A stretch of DNA of 64,000 bases, from assembly GCA_030603745.1 (NCBI GenBank), contig JAUVXE010000001.1, positions 209,641-273,640 of the forward strand, given 5' to 3'. The notes below the pieces were generated by a model. It was not told where the DNA came from, searched no databases, and worked only from the letters and a program-made list of their open reading frames with translations. Below, piece by piece: positions 33,940 through 43,947 of this stretch; the stretch's first letter is position 1; each line of letters opens with the position of its first letter. The stretch comes from Coriobacteriia bacterium. GTDB lineage: Bacteria; Actinomycetota; Coriobacteriia; Anaerosomatales; SLCP01. The translations under genes were made by a program, and so were the position numbers.

Positions 33940-35066
33940 GCCGATACCTCGTTCCTCTGTCCGCCCTCGGCGGTGTGTGTGATCAGTCGCGCGAGCCGCT
34001 CGGTCGCGTCGCGCACCCCGAGCGCCGCCGAGGCGGCGGCCATCCGTTCGCGACGAGACGCATCGTCGAGAAGCGACCCGAGCTCAGTAGCGAAACGCTC
34101 GCCATCGAGGTCCGCGTCGGCCACGACCACCGCGCCGCCGCCGTCGCGGACATCGCTCGCGTTCAGGGTCTGGTGGTCGTCGGTCGCGAAGGGGTAGGGC
34201 ACCAGGATCGCGGCACGGCCGATCGCCGTGATCTCGGCGATCGAGGTCGCTCCGGCCCGCGCGACCACCACGTCGGAAGCGGCGAGCGCGCCGCCCATGT
34301 CTTCGAGGTAGTCGAGCACGCGGTAGCGGGTGGTGTCACGGTCGCCGACGACGCGGCCGAGCGCCGCGCGCACCGAGTCCGCCTCGGTGCGGCCGGCGAC
34401 GTGGATCACGTGCAGCCCCTCGCGTTCGAGCAGCGCCGGCGCGAGCGAGACCAGGGCCTCGTTCACGTGGCGTGCCCCTCGGCTGCCGCCGAAGACGAGC
34501 AGCACCAGCGCGTCGGCCGGCAGGTCGAGCCGGGCGCGTCCCGCGTCGCGGTCGGCCTGCAAGATGTCTGCTCGGACCGGGTTGCCTGTGCGGATGGCCC
34601 GTGCGGCGCCCATCCGGGCCGCCGACGCCTCGTAGGTCACCCCGACCGCCGTCGCCCGGCGCGCGAGCGCCCGGTTGGCCAGTCCCGGCACGGAGTTCTG
34701 CTCGTGCAGCACGAGGGGGATCCGCCGGAGCAGCGCCGCGAACCCGACCGGCAGGGAGACGTAGCCCCCGAACCCTACCACCACGTCGGCCCGCGGCCGG
34801 CCGAGGAGCCTGAGCGCCCGCACGGTCGAGACCGCGATGAGACCGAGCGCGCCGATCAGGGACAGCGGACGCGAGCGGTCGAAACCGCGCGCTGCCAACC
34901 CGTGGAAGACCAGACCCGCCTCACGCGCGAGACGGGCCTCCGGACCTGACGGTGTGCCGATGAACTCGACGTCATGCCCGCCGGCGCGAAGGTGGTCTGC
35001 CACCGTCAACGCAGGATAGATGTGACCGGCGGTCCCCCCGCCGCTCAGCAGTATCCTCACGCGCAC
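33936..35066 (-). CDS. murG: Lipid II GlcNAc transferase MurG
   Basis: GGGTAGHIYPAL motif. GTG at 35066 directly abuts AAGGAGA, whereas GTG at 35060 has better SD spacing. Confidence 0.93.
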   Translation of the reverse strand: MRVRILLSGGGTAGHIYPALTVADHLRAGGHDVEFIGTPSGPEARLAREAGLVFHGLAARGFDRSRPLSLIGALGLIAVSTVRALRLLGRPRADVVVGFGGYVSLPVGFAALLRRIPLVLHEQNSVPGLANRALARRATAVGVTYEASAARMGAARAIRTGNPVRADILQADRDAGRARLDLPADALVLLVFGGSRGARHVNEALVSLAPALLEREGLHVIHVAGRTEADSVRAALGRVVGDRDTTRYRVLDYLEDMGGALAASDVVVARAGATSIAEITAIGRAAILVPYPFATDDHQTLNASDVRDGGGAVVVADADLDGERFATELGSLLDDASRRERMAAASAALGVRDATERLARLITHTAEGGQRNEVSA

Positions 35067-36207
35067 TCTCCTTGCCCTGTGTCCGCCCGCGCCGTTCCGT
35101 GCGGGCCCCGTAGGTGGAAACCGACAGTATGACTCCGATGCACAGCATCGTGAAGGTCATCGAGGAGCCACCGAAGCTCACGAGCGGCAAAGGGATCCCG
35201 GTGACCGGGACCAGACCCGTCACCGCGGCCATGTTGATGACCGCCTGCGTGACGAGCATCGCCGTGAGGCCGCCGGCGAGCAGCCGCCCGTATACGTCCC
35301 TCGTTCCGAGCGCGATCCGGGTACCCGCATACGCGATCGCCCCGAACGCGACAAGGACCGACAGGGACCCGACGAGCCCGAGCTCCTCCCCGATGATAGC
35401 GAAGATGAAGTCCGTGTGGGCCGCAGGGAGATAGAAGAACTTCTGCCGCGACATGCCGAGGCCGACCCCGTCGATGCCGCCGGAACCGAACGCGTAGAGC
35501 GCCTGGATCGACTGGTACCCCGAGTCGAGCGGGTCGGCCCACGGATCGAGGAACGCGAACACCCGCCTCAGCCGGTAGGGCTCGGCAGCGATGGCGACCG
35601 CCACCAGCGCCGCACCCGCGCCCACCGCACCGAACAGGAGCTTGCCGCTGATGCCGCCGATCAGGAGCACGAGGAAGACGGCGAGGAGTATCTGAACGGT
35701 CGTCCCCATGTCGGGCTGCAGCATCACCAGGGCCGCGACCACGCCGACCGCGATGAAGAGCTGCTTCCAGAACTGCGACGTGGTGATCCTGCCTCGGCGG
35801 AGCTGCTGCAGCAGGTAGGCGGCGACCATGACACACCCGAGCTTGGCGTACTCGGACGGCTGGACCGTGAACACGCCGAGGTCGATCCAGCGGGTGGCCC
35901 CCCACTTGCCCACGCCGATGAACGGCACGAGGACCAGTCCGATCAGGGAGGCGCCGTAGATCGCCGTTCGCGCCCAGCCCACCCGGCGGTAGTCGACGAA
36001 CATGGCGACCACCAGCAAGAGGAGTCCGGCCAGCGCTCCGAGTGCCTGGCGCTTGAGATGGTGCATGCTGTCCTGCTGGTGCACGAAATCGGCGACGGAG
36101 GACGCCGAGTAGACCATCATCAACCCGCCCAGAAGCAGGAAGAGGGTGGAGAGGAGCAGGATGTAGCGGGGCCAGGGCCCTCCGGCGAAGACCTCACGCT
36201 GCGCCAT
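34972..36207 (-). CDS. ftsW: SEDS-family peptidoglycan polymerase FtsW
   Basis: The ORF is trimmed to ATG 36205-36207 (MAQREVFAGGPWPRYILLL). It has about 10 TM segments and a basic C-terminal tail that overlaps the murG 5' end by 89-95 nt. Confidence 0.9.
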   Translation of the reverse strand: MAQREVFAGGPWPRYILLLSTLFLLLGGLMMVYSASSVADFVHQQDSMHHLKRQALGALAGLLLLVVAMFVDYRRVGWARTAIYGASLIGLVLVPFIGVGKWGATRWIDLGVFTVQPSEYAKLGCVMVAAYLLQQLRRGRITTSQFWKQLFIAVGVVAALVMLQPDMGTTVQILLAVFLVLLIGGISGKLLFGAVGAGAALVAVAIAAEPYRLRRVFAFLDPWADPLDSGYQSIQALYAFGSGGIDGVGLGMSRQKFFYLPAAHTDFIFAIIGEELGLVGSLSVLVAFGAIAYAGTRIALGTRDVYGRLLAGGLTAMLVTQAVINMAAVTGLVPVTGIPLPLVSFGGSSMTFTMLCIGVILSVSTYGARTERRGRTQGKESAREDTAERRGDRRSHLSCVDGGRPPSRRRA

Positions 36208-37603
36208 CGGAGTCCTCCCCCCGCGCGAGTGCGGCCACGTGTTCCTTGAACACACGCCCGCGTTCGGCGTACCCTCCGAACTCGTCGAAGGACGCGCACG
36301 CAGGCGAGAGCACGACCGCCGAGCCCGGCAGCTCTCCCGCGATCCGCGTAGCCACCGGGACCGCCGCGGTCATGGTCGCGGCCATGGTGAACGCCACGCC
36401 CTCGGCGGCCAGATAGCGGGCGATCTCCTCGGCGGCCTCCCCGAAGACCACCGGTCGGGCGTCGGCGGCCCGGACGGCGCGGGCGAGCCCGGCGAAGGAG
36501 TTGTCCTTGTTCCGCCCGCCGAGGAGCACTACCACGGGACGTCCGTCGAAGGCGGTCAGTGCCTTGACGGTCGCATCGGGGTTCGTCGCCTTGGAGTCGT
36601 TGAAGTACTCCACGCCGGCGACCGTCGCCACCGGCTCGAGGCGATGCTCGATCGGCTGAAACGTGCGAAGCCCATGGCGGACCGCCGCGGGGTCGGCCCC
36701 GAAGGCGAGGGCCGCGGCGGCCGCGGCGAGCGCGTTGCTCACGTTGTGGTCGCCGCCGATCAGCAGCTCGTCGCGGTGCACGAGTGCGAGCGGTCCCGAG
36801 GGGCGATCGACCGTGAGCGTCCCGTCCGCGGCGACCCACGCCCCGCCGGCCTCGCGGCGCGTTCGGCTCACGCACGCCACGCGCACCCCCCGCGCACGGA
36901 CCGGCTCGACATGCGCGGCCGACCCGGGGTCGTCGACGTCGATCACCGCGACGTCGCCCTCGCGCTGGTTCGCGAAGATGCGCGCCTTGTCCTCGGCGTA
37001 GGCCTCGAGGCCCCCGTGCCAGTCGAGATGGTCAGGCGTGATGTTGAGGAGCACCGACACCCGGGGGTGGAAGGCGCTCGTGAGGGCGAGCTGGAACGAG
37101 GAGACCTCGGCGACGAGCGCGCTCGCCGGTCCGGCCTCGGCGACGATCCCGATGGCGGGGGTCCCGATGTTGCCCACGGTATAGGCGGAGACGCCCGCCG
37201 AGACGAGCAGGTGCGCGAGCAGACTCGTGGTGGTGGTCTTGCCGTTGGTGCCCGTGACCGCGAGCCAGGGCGAGACCGAGCGGCGGAACGCGAACTCCAC
37301 CTCGGAGACGACCTCCCCGCTCGCCCGCGCGGCCGATCGGAACAGCTCCGACGCGGGCGGGACGCCGGGGCTCACGATCGCGAGATCATAAGACCCCTCG
37401 GCCTCGGAGGTCCCCAGCGTCACGCGGGCGCCCTGGGCGCGCAGACGCGATGCGCGCTCCCGCAGCGCCGGCGTGTCGGCCGCGTCGACCACGTCCACCG
37501 CGGCCCCGCAGCCCGCACCGGCGCCCGCGAGGGCGTAGTGCGCGGCCGCCTCTCCCGAGGCACCGAGCCCGACCACCAGGATATGCCCGGCGAGCGGCTC
37601 CAC
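36194..37603 (-). CDS. murD: UDP-N-acetylmuramoylalanine--D-glutamate ligase
   Basis: 469 aa with P-loop GTNGKTTTT and a GTG start 1 nt after the mraY stop. Confidence 0.94.
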   Translation of the reverse strand: MEPLAGHILVVGLGASGEAAAHYALAGAGAGCGAAVDVVDAADTPALRERASRLRAQGARVTLGTSEAEGSYDLAIVSPGVPPASELFRSAARASGEVVSEVEFAFRRSVSPWLAVTGTNGKTTTTSLLAHLLVSAGVSAYTVGNIGTPAIGIVAEAGPASALVAEVSSFQLALTSAFHPRVSVLLNITPDHLDWHGGLEAYAEDKARIFANQREGDVAVIDVDDPGSAAHVEPVRARGVRVACVSRTRREAGGAWVAADGTLTVDRPSGPLALVHRDELLIGGDHNVSNALAAAAAALAFGADPAAVRHGLRTFQPIEHRLEPVATVAGVEYFNDSKATNPDATVKALTAFDGRPVVVLLGGRNKDNSFAGLARAVRAADARPVVFGEAAEEIARYLAAEGVAFTMAATMTAAVPVATRIAGELPGSAVVLSPACASFDEFGGYAERGRVFKEHVAALARGEDSDGAA

Positions 37604-37604
37604 G

Positions 37605-38648
37605 TCAGCGCCTCACGGATTCCACGAAGAAGAGTGCGAAACCTCCGCCTGCGGTGATCCCGGTGAGGATCCAGAAGCGGACCATGATCTTCGTCTCCGA
37701 CCAGCCCTTCATCTCGAAGTGGTGGTGGAGGGGCGCCATGCGGAAGATCCGCTTGCCCGTCAGCTTGAACGAGGCGACCTGCAGGATGACCGAGAGCGTC
37801 TCGATCACGTAGATCCCGCCGATGAGCGCGAGGAGTATCTCCGTCTTGGTGATGATCGCGAACGTCGCGATCGCGGCCCCGAGACCGAGCGAGCCCGTGT
37901 CCCCCATGAAGATGTTCGCGGGGTAGGCGTTGTACCACAGGAAGCCGATGCACGCGCCGGCGATGGCGGCCGCGAGCAGCGCCACCTCCAGCATGTTCAT
38001 CCGAAACGCGATGCCCGAGTAGGCGAGCATCACGATGGTGACGGTGCCCGCGGCAAGCCCGTCGAGCCCGTCGGTCAGGTTGACGGCGTTCGACGTCCCC
38101 ACGATGAGGAACCAGACGAGCCCGAGGTAGAGCCACGGGACCGTGAGGGCCACTCCGCCGATGTCGAAGACGCTCGTGAACGCCCCGAGATCGAGCGTGG
38201 CGCCGGTGAGCGGGACCTCGACGGTGCTCGTCACGCCGGCCCAGTTCACCACGAGCAGGCCGAACGCGAGCGCGACCACCGCCTGTCCGATGATCTTCGC
38301 CCTCGGCGTGAGGCCGAGCGAGCGCTCGTGGACCACCTTGGCCCAGTCGTCCACGAAGCCGAGCAGTCCGCATGCTCCGGTCGCCGCGATGGCGAGCAGG
38401 CTCAAGCGGCCGAACTGGCCGAGGAAGACGTACGTCCCGGCGACCACGAGCAGGATCAGCACCCCGCCCATCGTGGGCGTCCCCTGCTTCGCGAGGTGCC
38501 CCTGCGGGCCGTCGGCGCGGATCTGCTGCCCGATGTTGCGGAAGCGCAGCAGACGGATCCAGAAGGGCATGAGCACGCCCACGGCGACGATCGAGAGCAC
38601 GACCGCCATGAAGACCTGATATGACGGATACTCGGCGAGTCTAAACAC
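37605..38648 (-). CDS. mraY: Phospho-N-acetylmuramoyl-pentapeptide transferase
   Basis: 347 aa with the canonical family motifs NAVNLTDGLDGLA and GDTGSLGLG. Confidence 0.96.
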   Translation of the reverse strand: MFRLAEYPSYQVFMAVVLSIVAVGVLMPFWIRLLRFRNIGQQIRADGPQGHLAKQGTPTMGGVLILLVVAGTYVFLGQFGRLSLLAIAATGACGLLGFVDDWAKVVHERSLGLTPRAKIIGQAVVALAFGLLVVNWAGVTSTVEVPLTGATLDLGAFTSVFDIGGVALTVPWLYLGLVWFLIVGTSNAVNLTDGLDGLAAGTVTIVMLAYSGIAFRMNMLEVALLAAAIAGACIGFLWYNAYPANIFMGDTGSLGLGAAIATFAIITKTEILLALIGGIYVIETLSVILQVASFKLTGKRIFRMAPLHHHFEMKGWSETKIMVRFWILTGITAGGGFALFFVESVRR

Positions 38649-40053
38649 GAGGTTCGACGATCCCTTCGACCACGCGCTCGAGGCCCATCACCCTCGACGC
38701 CTTCACCAAGACGATATCACCCGTCTCGAGCAGGTCGTCGAGCACCTCCGACGCCTCCTCGGGAGTCGCGCACGGACGCACCATGTCCGCATCCATGCCG
38801 GCCGCCCTCGCTCCGTCGGCGATGCGCGCCGCACGCGGGCCCGCCGTCACCAGGACGTCGATCGCGCTGCGGGCCACGAGCTCGCCGATCTCGAAGTGCG
38901 CGATCTCGGTGAGGGAGCCGAGTTCCGCCATGTCGCCGAGGACCGCGATCCGCCTGCCCGCGGCCGTATAGGCGGCGAGCGTCTCGACCGCCGCGCGCAT
39001 CGAGGTCGGGTTCGCGTTGTAGGCGTCGTTGATGACGTGCACGCCGCTCGCCGAGGTGAACGACTGCATCCGCATCTCGCCGGCCTCGGCCGACGCGAGC
39101 CCCTCGGCCACGCGCTCCGGGGCGATGCCGAGGTGCAGGCCCACCGCGGCGGCGGCCAGCGCGTTGTAGACGTTGTGGCGACCGGGGAGCGTGAGCGTGA
39201 CCGGCCACTGCCCCTCGGCCGTCTCGAGCGTGAACGACGCGCGGCTCTCCTCGTCGAGCTCGATGCCGGTCGCGCGCACGTCGCACTCCTCGGCGAGACC
39301 GTAGCGCACGATCCGGGCCCGGGAGGACATCGCGAGCGTGCCGGAGTAGGCGTCGTCACCGTTGAGGAAGACGGTACCGTCCTCGGGGACGGCCTCGACG
39401 AGCTCCGCCTTGGCCGAGGCGATCGCCTCCTGGCTGCCGAGGACCTCGATATGGCTCGTCCCGATGTTGGTCACGAGGCCCACGGTGGGCCGAGCGAGAC
39501 GGCAGAGCTCGGCGATCTGGCCGGCGCCGCGCATCGCCATCTCGACCACGAGGACGTCGGTATCCGCACGGGCGTCGAGGAGCGTGAGCGGGACGCCGAG
39601 CTCGTTGTTGCGGTTGCCGCGGGTCGCGACCACCGAGAGCTCCGTGCCGAGGACCGAAGTGATGAACTCCTTGGTGGTGGTCTTGCCGGTCGACCCGGTC
39701 ACGCCGACCACCGGGCAGAAGAGCCGGTCCCGATGGTAGGCGGCGAGCGCCTGGACCGCGTCGAGCGGGTCGGCGACACGCACCACCGCCACGCCCCTGC
39801 GGGCCGCAAGCTCGAGCGGCGCGGCGAGCTCCTCCGGCCCCCGCGTCACGAGCAGCGCGCGGGCGCCCGCCTCGATCGCGTCGGGCAGCAGGTCGTGCGC
39901 GTCGACCACCGCGCCGGTGAAGGCGACGAACGCGCTTCCCGAGTGCACGCAGCGCGAGTCGGTGCACACGCCGTTCAGCATGACCTCGGCAGGTCCGCCG
40001 AGGAGTTCGCCTCCGGTGACCTCGAGCAGGGTCTCCACACTGAGCGTCAGCAC
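38641..40053 (-). CDS. murF: UDP-MurNAc-tripeptide--D-Ala-D-Ala ligase
   Basis: 470 aa with P-loop GSTGKTTTKE and position between murE and mraY. Confidence 0.93.
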   Translation of the reverse strand: MLTLSVETLLEVTGGELLGGPAEVMLNGVCTDSRCVHSGSAFVAFTGAVVDAHDLLPDAIEAGARALLVTRGPEELAAPLELAARRGVAVVRVADPLDAVQALAAYHRDRLFCPVVGVTGSTGKTTTKEFITSVLGTELSVVATRGNRNNELGVPLTLLDARADTDVLVVEMAMRGAGQIAELCRLARPTVGLVTNIGTSHIEVLGSQEAIASAKAELVEAVPEDGTVFLNGDDAYSGTLAMSSRARIVRYGLAEECDVRATGIELDEESRASFTLETAEGQWPVTLTLPGRHNVYNALAAAAVGLHLGIAPERVAEGLASAEAGEMRMQSFTSASGVHVINDAYNANPTSMRAAVETLAAYTAAGRRIAVLGDMAELGSLTEIAHFEIGELVARSAIDVLVTAGPRAARIADGARAAGMDADMVRPCATPEEASEVLDDLLETGDIVLVKASRVMGLERVVEGIVEPRV

Positions 40054-41504
40054 AGGCGTCGCACCTCCTCGGCGGCGACCTCGCGGTCGTCGAAGCGCAC
40101 GGTGCGGTCGGCGAAGATCTGATAGTCCTCGTGCCCCTTGCCGGCGATGAGTACCGCGTCCCCGGGTGCCGCCTGCGCGAGCGCGGCGGCGATGGCCGCG
40201 CGGCGATCGACCACGACCTCGTAGGAGGCGCCCACCTGCCGCAGCCCGTCCTCGATCTGCAAGATGATGCCGACCGGGTCCTCCGAGCGCGGGTTGTCGC
40301 TCGTGACGATGGCGTGGTCGGCCGCGCTCCCGGCCGCTGCGCCCATGAGCGGACGCTTCTCCGGGTCGCGGTCCCCGCCGCAGCCGAACACCGCGATCAC
40401 CCGGCCCGGCGTGATGTCACGGACCGCCCCGATGGCCTTCTCGAGGCTGTCGGGCGTGTGCGCGTAGTCGACGAACACGCCGAACGGCTGCCCGGCGTCG
40501 ACCCGCTCGAGCCGGCCGGGCACCTGCGGGGCCGCGGAGAGCCCCTCGGCGATGGTCTCGACCGGGATGCCGAGCGCGTACCCGCATCCCGCGGCGACGA
40601 GCGCGTTGCTCACGTTGTACTCGGCGGCGAGCGGCAGGTCGACGCGGGCGCACCCGTCGGGCGTCACGAGCGTGAAGTGCGCCCGGTCGGGACGCAGCTC
40701 CTCGTCGAGCGCGCGCACCATCGCGTCCTCGGCCCGCCCGACGGTGATCACGCCGTCGATCTCGACGGCCATCGCCGCGCCGAGGAGGTCGTCGACGTTC
40801 ACCACGCGGGCGTCGACCTCGAAGTCGGTGAAGAGGCGGCGCTTGACCGCGAAGTACTCCTCGATCGTGTGATGGTAGTCGAGATGGTCCTGTGTCAGGT
40901 TGGTGAACGCCGCGACCGCGAACCGCACCCCGTCGACGCGACGCAGGTCGATCGCGTGCGAGGAGACCTCCATCGCCGCCGCGTCGACCCCGGCGTCGCG
41001 CATGGCGCGCAGCAGGCCCTGCAGGTCCGCGGACTCCGGCGTGGTCCGGCCCGCGTCCTGGCGTTCCTCGGCGATCCGGGTCTCCACCGTGCCGATGAGC
41101 CCGGTGCGATGCCCCGCCCGTCGCAGGATCGCGTCCACGAGGTAGGTCGTGGTGGTCTTGCCGTTGGTGCCCGTGATCCCCACGAGGGAGAGCTCATGGC
41201 TCGGGTGACCGTGGAAGGCGGCGGCGGCGCGAGCGAGCGCGACCCGGGTGTCCCCGACGATGACCTGCGGCACGCCCGAGCACGTCGCGACGGGGCGCTG
41301 ACACACGAGGGCCGCCGCGCCCCGGCTCGCGGCGTCGGCGGCGAAGTCGTGGCCGTCGTGCGCGAACCCGGGGATGCAGAAGAACGCGTCGCCCGGGCGC
41401 ACGCGGTCCGAGCGGTACGCGATGCCGCCGACCCGCAGCTCGGCGAGGTCGGCGTCGATGGAGGCACCCAGGCCCTGGAGGAGGTCTCTGATGAGTATCG
41501 TCAC
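40047..41504 (-). CDS. murE: UDP-MurNAc-L-Ala-D-Glu--diamino acid ligase
   Basis: 485 aa with P-loop GTNGKTTTTYL and a GTG start. The diamino-acid specificity cannot be judged by eye. Confidence 0.93.
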   Translation of the reverse strand: MTILIRDLLQGLGASIDADLAELRVGGIAYRSDRVRPGDAFFCIPGFAHDGHDFAADAASRGAAALVCQRPVATCSGVPQVIVGDTRVALARAAAAFHGHPSHELSLVGITGTNGKTTTTYLVDAILRRAGHRTGLIGTVETRIAEERQDAGRTTPESADLQGLLRAMRDAGVDAAAMEVSSHAIDLRRVDGVRFAVAAFTNLTQDHLDYHHTIEEYFAVKRRLFTDFEVDARVVNVDDLLGAAMAVEIDGVITVGRAEDAMVRALDEELRPDRAHFTLVTPDGCARVDLPLAAEYNVSNALVAAGCGYALGIPVETIAEGLSAAPQVPGRLERVDAGQPFGVFVDYAHTPDSLEKAIGAVRDITPGRVIAVFGCGGDRDPEKRPLMGAAAGSAADHAIVTSDNPRSEDPVGIILQIEDGLRQVGASYEVVVDRRAAIAAALAQAAPGDAVLIAGKGHEDYQIFADRTVRFDDREVAAEEVRRLC

Positions 41505-41557
41505 GGCTTCTTCACCACGTCAGGACGGTCGATTCTAGCACGGTCGGACCCGCTTCC

Positions 41558-43336
41558 CTATGGCTGGCTCTCCCCTGTCATCGTCTCGACATCAGACCGG
41601 TCGAGCGGTGCGCTCGAGGTCGGTGGGATCTTGAGGTGCGAGACCGCGAAACGGGCGACCTCGGCGAAGACGGGAGCCGCCACCGAACCCCCGTAGATCG
41701 CCCCGCTCGGCTCGTCGATCACCACGACCACGAGCACGCTCGGGTCGTCGGCGGGCAGGAATCCCGCGAACGAGGCGATGTACTTGCCCGGCGCGTACCC
41801 GCGGCCGTCGGTCCGCGCCTTCTGCGCCGTGCCGGTCTTCCCGGCCACCTCATACCCCTCGACCGCGGCGTTGCCGCCGGTACCCTCGGTGACCGAGGCC
41901 TTGAGGACCTCGCGCGTCTCGGCGGCGGCCTCCTCGGAGATCACGCGCTCCTTGGAGTGACGGACCACGAGGTCGGGTCGGCCGGGGACGTCCACGAGCA
42001 GGTGCGGCGTGACGAGTTCCCCGCCGTTCGCGATGGCGGCGAGCGCCCGCGCGAGTTGGAGCGGCGTCATCGAGATGCCCTGCCCGAACGGGATGTTCGC
42101 GATCGACGTGGCCGACCACTGCTCGACGGCGGGCAGGTAGCCCGCGGCCTCGCCCGGGAAGTCGATCCCGGTCCTCGCGGTGAATCCGAACCGCGTGAGG
42201 TACTCGTGGAGGGGCCCCTCGCCGAGCGCCTGGCCCATCTTGACGGTCCCGACGTTGGAGGAGTTCGCGACGATGTCGGTGAGTGTCCACTCGACCTGTG
42301 GGCGCGGGTGGGCCTCCTTGATCGTCCGGTTGCCCACCTGGAGCGTAGGCGGCAGCACGAACGAGGAGTCCGCGTCGAAGAGTCCCGCGTCGATGACCGC
42401 AGCGGCCGTGATGGCCTTCAGCGTCGAGCCGGGCTCATAGACGTCGGTGATGGCGCGATTGCGATACGCCGAGGAATCGACCTCGGCGAAGCGGTTCGGG
42501 TTGAATCCCGGCACGGACGCCATCGCGAGCACCGCGCCGGTGTTCGGGTCCATCACCACGACCGACCCGGACTTCGCGCCCCACGTCTCGACCGCGCCCT
42601 GCAGCTCGAGCTGGGCAACGTACTGGATGTCCCGGTCGATGCTGATCACGATGTCGCTGCCGTGCACGGGCTCCTCGGCGTGCATGACACCGCCGGGGAT
42701 GGGGCGCCCGAACGGGTCGCGCTCGGCGAGCACCGAGCCCGGGATCCCCGCGAGCAGCTCGTCGTAGTGCGCCTCGAGTCCGCCGAGGCCCTCGTCGTCC
42801 ACGCCCACGAAGCCGAGGACCTGGGCCGCGAGCTCCCCGGATGGGTACGTCCGCCGAGAGTCCTTGAGCTGCCCGATCCCGGCGAGGCCGAGGGCCTCGA
42901 CCGCCTGTGCACGCTCCATGTCGACCTTGCGCGCGATGTAGACGAACCCGGAGTCGCGCTGGAGGCGGGCGGTGTGGTCCGAGACCTCTCCGCCGAGGAC
43001 GCCGGTGAGCGCCTCCGCTGTCGCGGTGGCGTCCTCGACGAGCCGGGGGGAGGCGTAGATGGTCCGGGCCTCGCGCGAGACGGCGAGCGGCTCGCCATCA
43101 CGGTCGAAGATGGTGCCCCGTCGCGGGCTCAGCTCGATATCGCGCGTGCGCTGGTCGGCCGCCCGCTCGGCATACGCCGGCGCGGCGAAGACCTGCAGGT
43201 GGACCATCCGGCCCGCCAGGACGACGAGCGGGACCACGAGGAGGATGAGCATGAGACCATGCCGTTCGCCGGGGCCCTTCGACGCGGGGTTCCTGCGCTT
43301 CGCCGGCACGGTGCGTGATCGGCGCTGGCCGCTCAT
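41558..43336 (-). CDS. ftsI: Division-specific class B penicillin-binding protein (FtsI-like)
   Basis: 592 aa with an N-terminal TM, a PBP dimerisation domain, and transpeptidase motifs STLK, SSN and KTGT. Confidence 0.93.
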   Translation of the reverse strand: MSGQRRSRTVPAKRRNPASKGPGERHGLMLILLVVPLVVLAGRMVHLQVFAAPAYAERAADQRTRDIELSPRRGTIFDRDGEPLAVSREARTIYASPRLVEDATATAEALTGVLGGEVSDHTARLQRDSGFVYIARKVDMERAQAVEALGLAGIGQLKDSRRTYPSGELAAQVLGFVGVDDEGLGGLEAHYDELLAGIPGSVLAERDPFGRPIPGGVMHAEEPVHGSDIVISIDRDIQYVAQLELQGAVETWGAKSGSVVVMDPNTGAVLAMASVPGFNPNRFAEVDSSAYRNRAITDVYEPGSTLKAITAAAVIDAGLFDADSSFVLPPTLQVGNRTIKEAHPRPQVEWTLTDIVANSSNVGTVKMGQALGEGPLHEYLTRFGFTARTGIDFPGEAAGYLPAVEQWSATSIANIPFGQGISMTPLQLARALAAIANGGELVTPHLLVDVPGRPDLVVRHSKERVISEEAAAETREVLKASVTEGTGGNAAVEGYEVAGKTGTAQKARTDGRGYAPGKYIASFAGFLPADDPSVLVVVVIDEPSGAIYGGSVAAPVFAEVARFAVSHLKIPPTSSAPLDRSDVETMTGESQP

Positions 43337-43902
43337 CGTAGCGACGCGAGTCCCGCGTCACCGACGAGAAGCACCTGCGCCTCGCCGGCGGTCATCCGCA
43401 TGACCTCGGCCAGCAGCTCCGCGACCCGCTCGGAGGAGCGCGACGGTTCGACCGTCGCGGCGGGCTGCGCCATGAGTTCGGTGTCCTCGCCCGCCTCCCC
43501 GGCGGGGAGCTCGAGGTAGGAGACCTCCTCGGCGGCGCCCATGCCCATGGAGACGCCGGCGATGCTCTCGATCCGCGAGGGGGTCGCGAGCGCGATCCGG
43601 TCGGCCTCGAGCATCTCGGAGCGGATGCGCTCGTTCTCGATGTCCTGTTTCAGGGCGTTGGCGGCCAGCGCCGCCTCGGTCGCCTGCACGGTCAGCTGGA
43701 CGCGCGCCATCCCGAGGCCCATGACGACCACGAGGAGCACGAGCGTGGTCTGGAAGAGTCCCCGGCACCGCGCGATCTCACGTGCGGACGCGTGGGGCGC
43801 GGGACGGGACGTGGAGGTGCGGCCGGCACCGCCGCGGAGGAGCCGAAGAGCAGGCGCGAACGAGGTCGCGCCGTGCTCGCGCACGCGTGCGGGCAGACCC
43901 AT
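43333..43902 (-). CDS. ftsL: FtsL-like bitopic division protein (long form)
   Basis: 189 aa with a basic N-terminus, a single TM (LFQTTLVLLVVVMGLGM) and a coiled-coil segment. It sits between rsmH and ftsI. The call rests on position and architecture only. Confidence 0.65.
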   Translation of the reverse strand: MGLPARVREHGATSFAPALRLLRGGAGRTSTSRPAPHASAREIARCRGLFQTTLVLLVVVMGLGMARVQLTVQATEAALAANALKQDIENERIRSEMLEADRIALATPSRIESIAGVSMGMGAAEEVSYLELPAGEAGEDTELMAQPAATVEPSRSSERVAELLAEVMRMTAGEAQVLLVGDAGLASLR

Positions 43903-43947
43903 GTCACTCCTCCTCTCCTGATGCGTCCACGCTCCCGGCGTCGGCGC

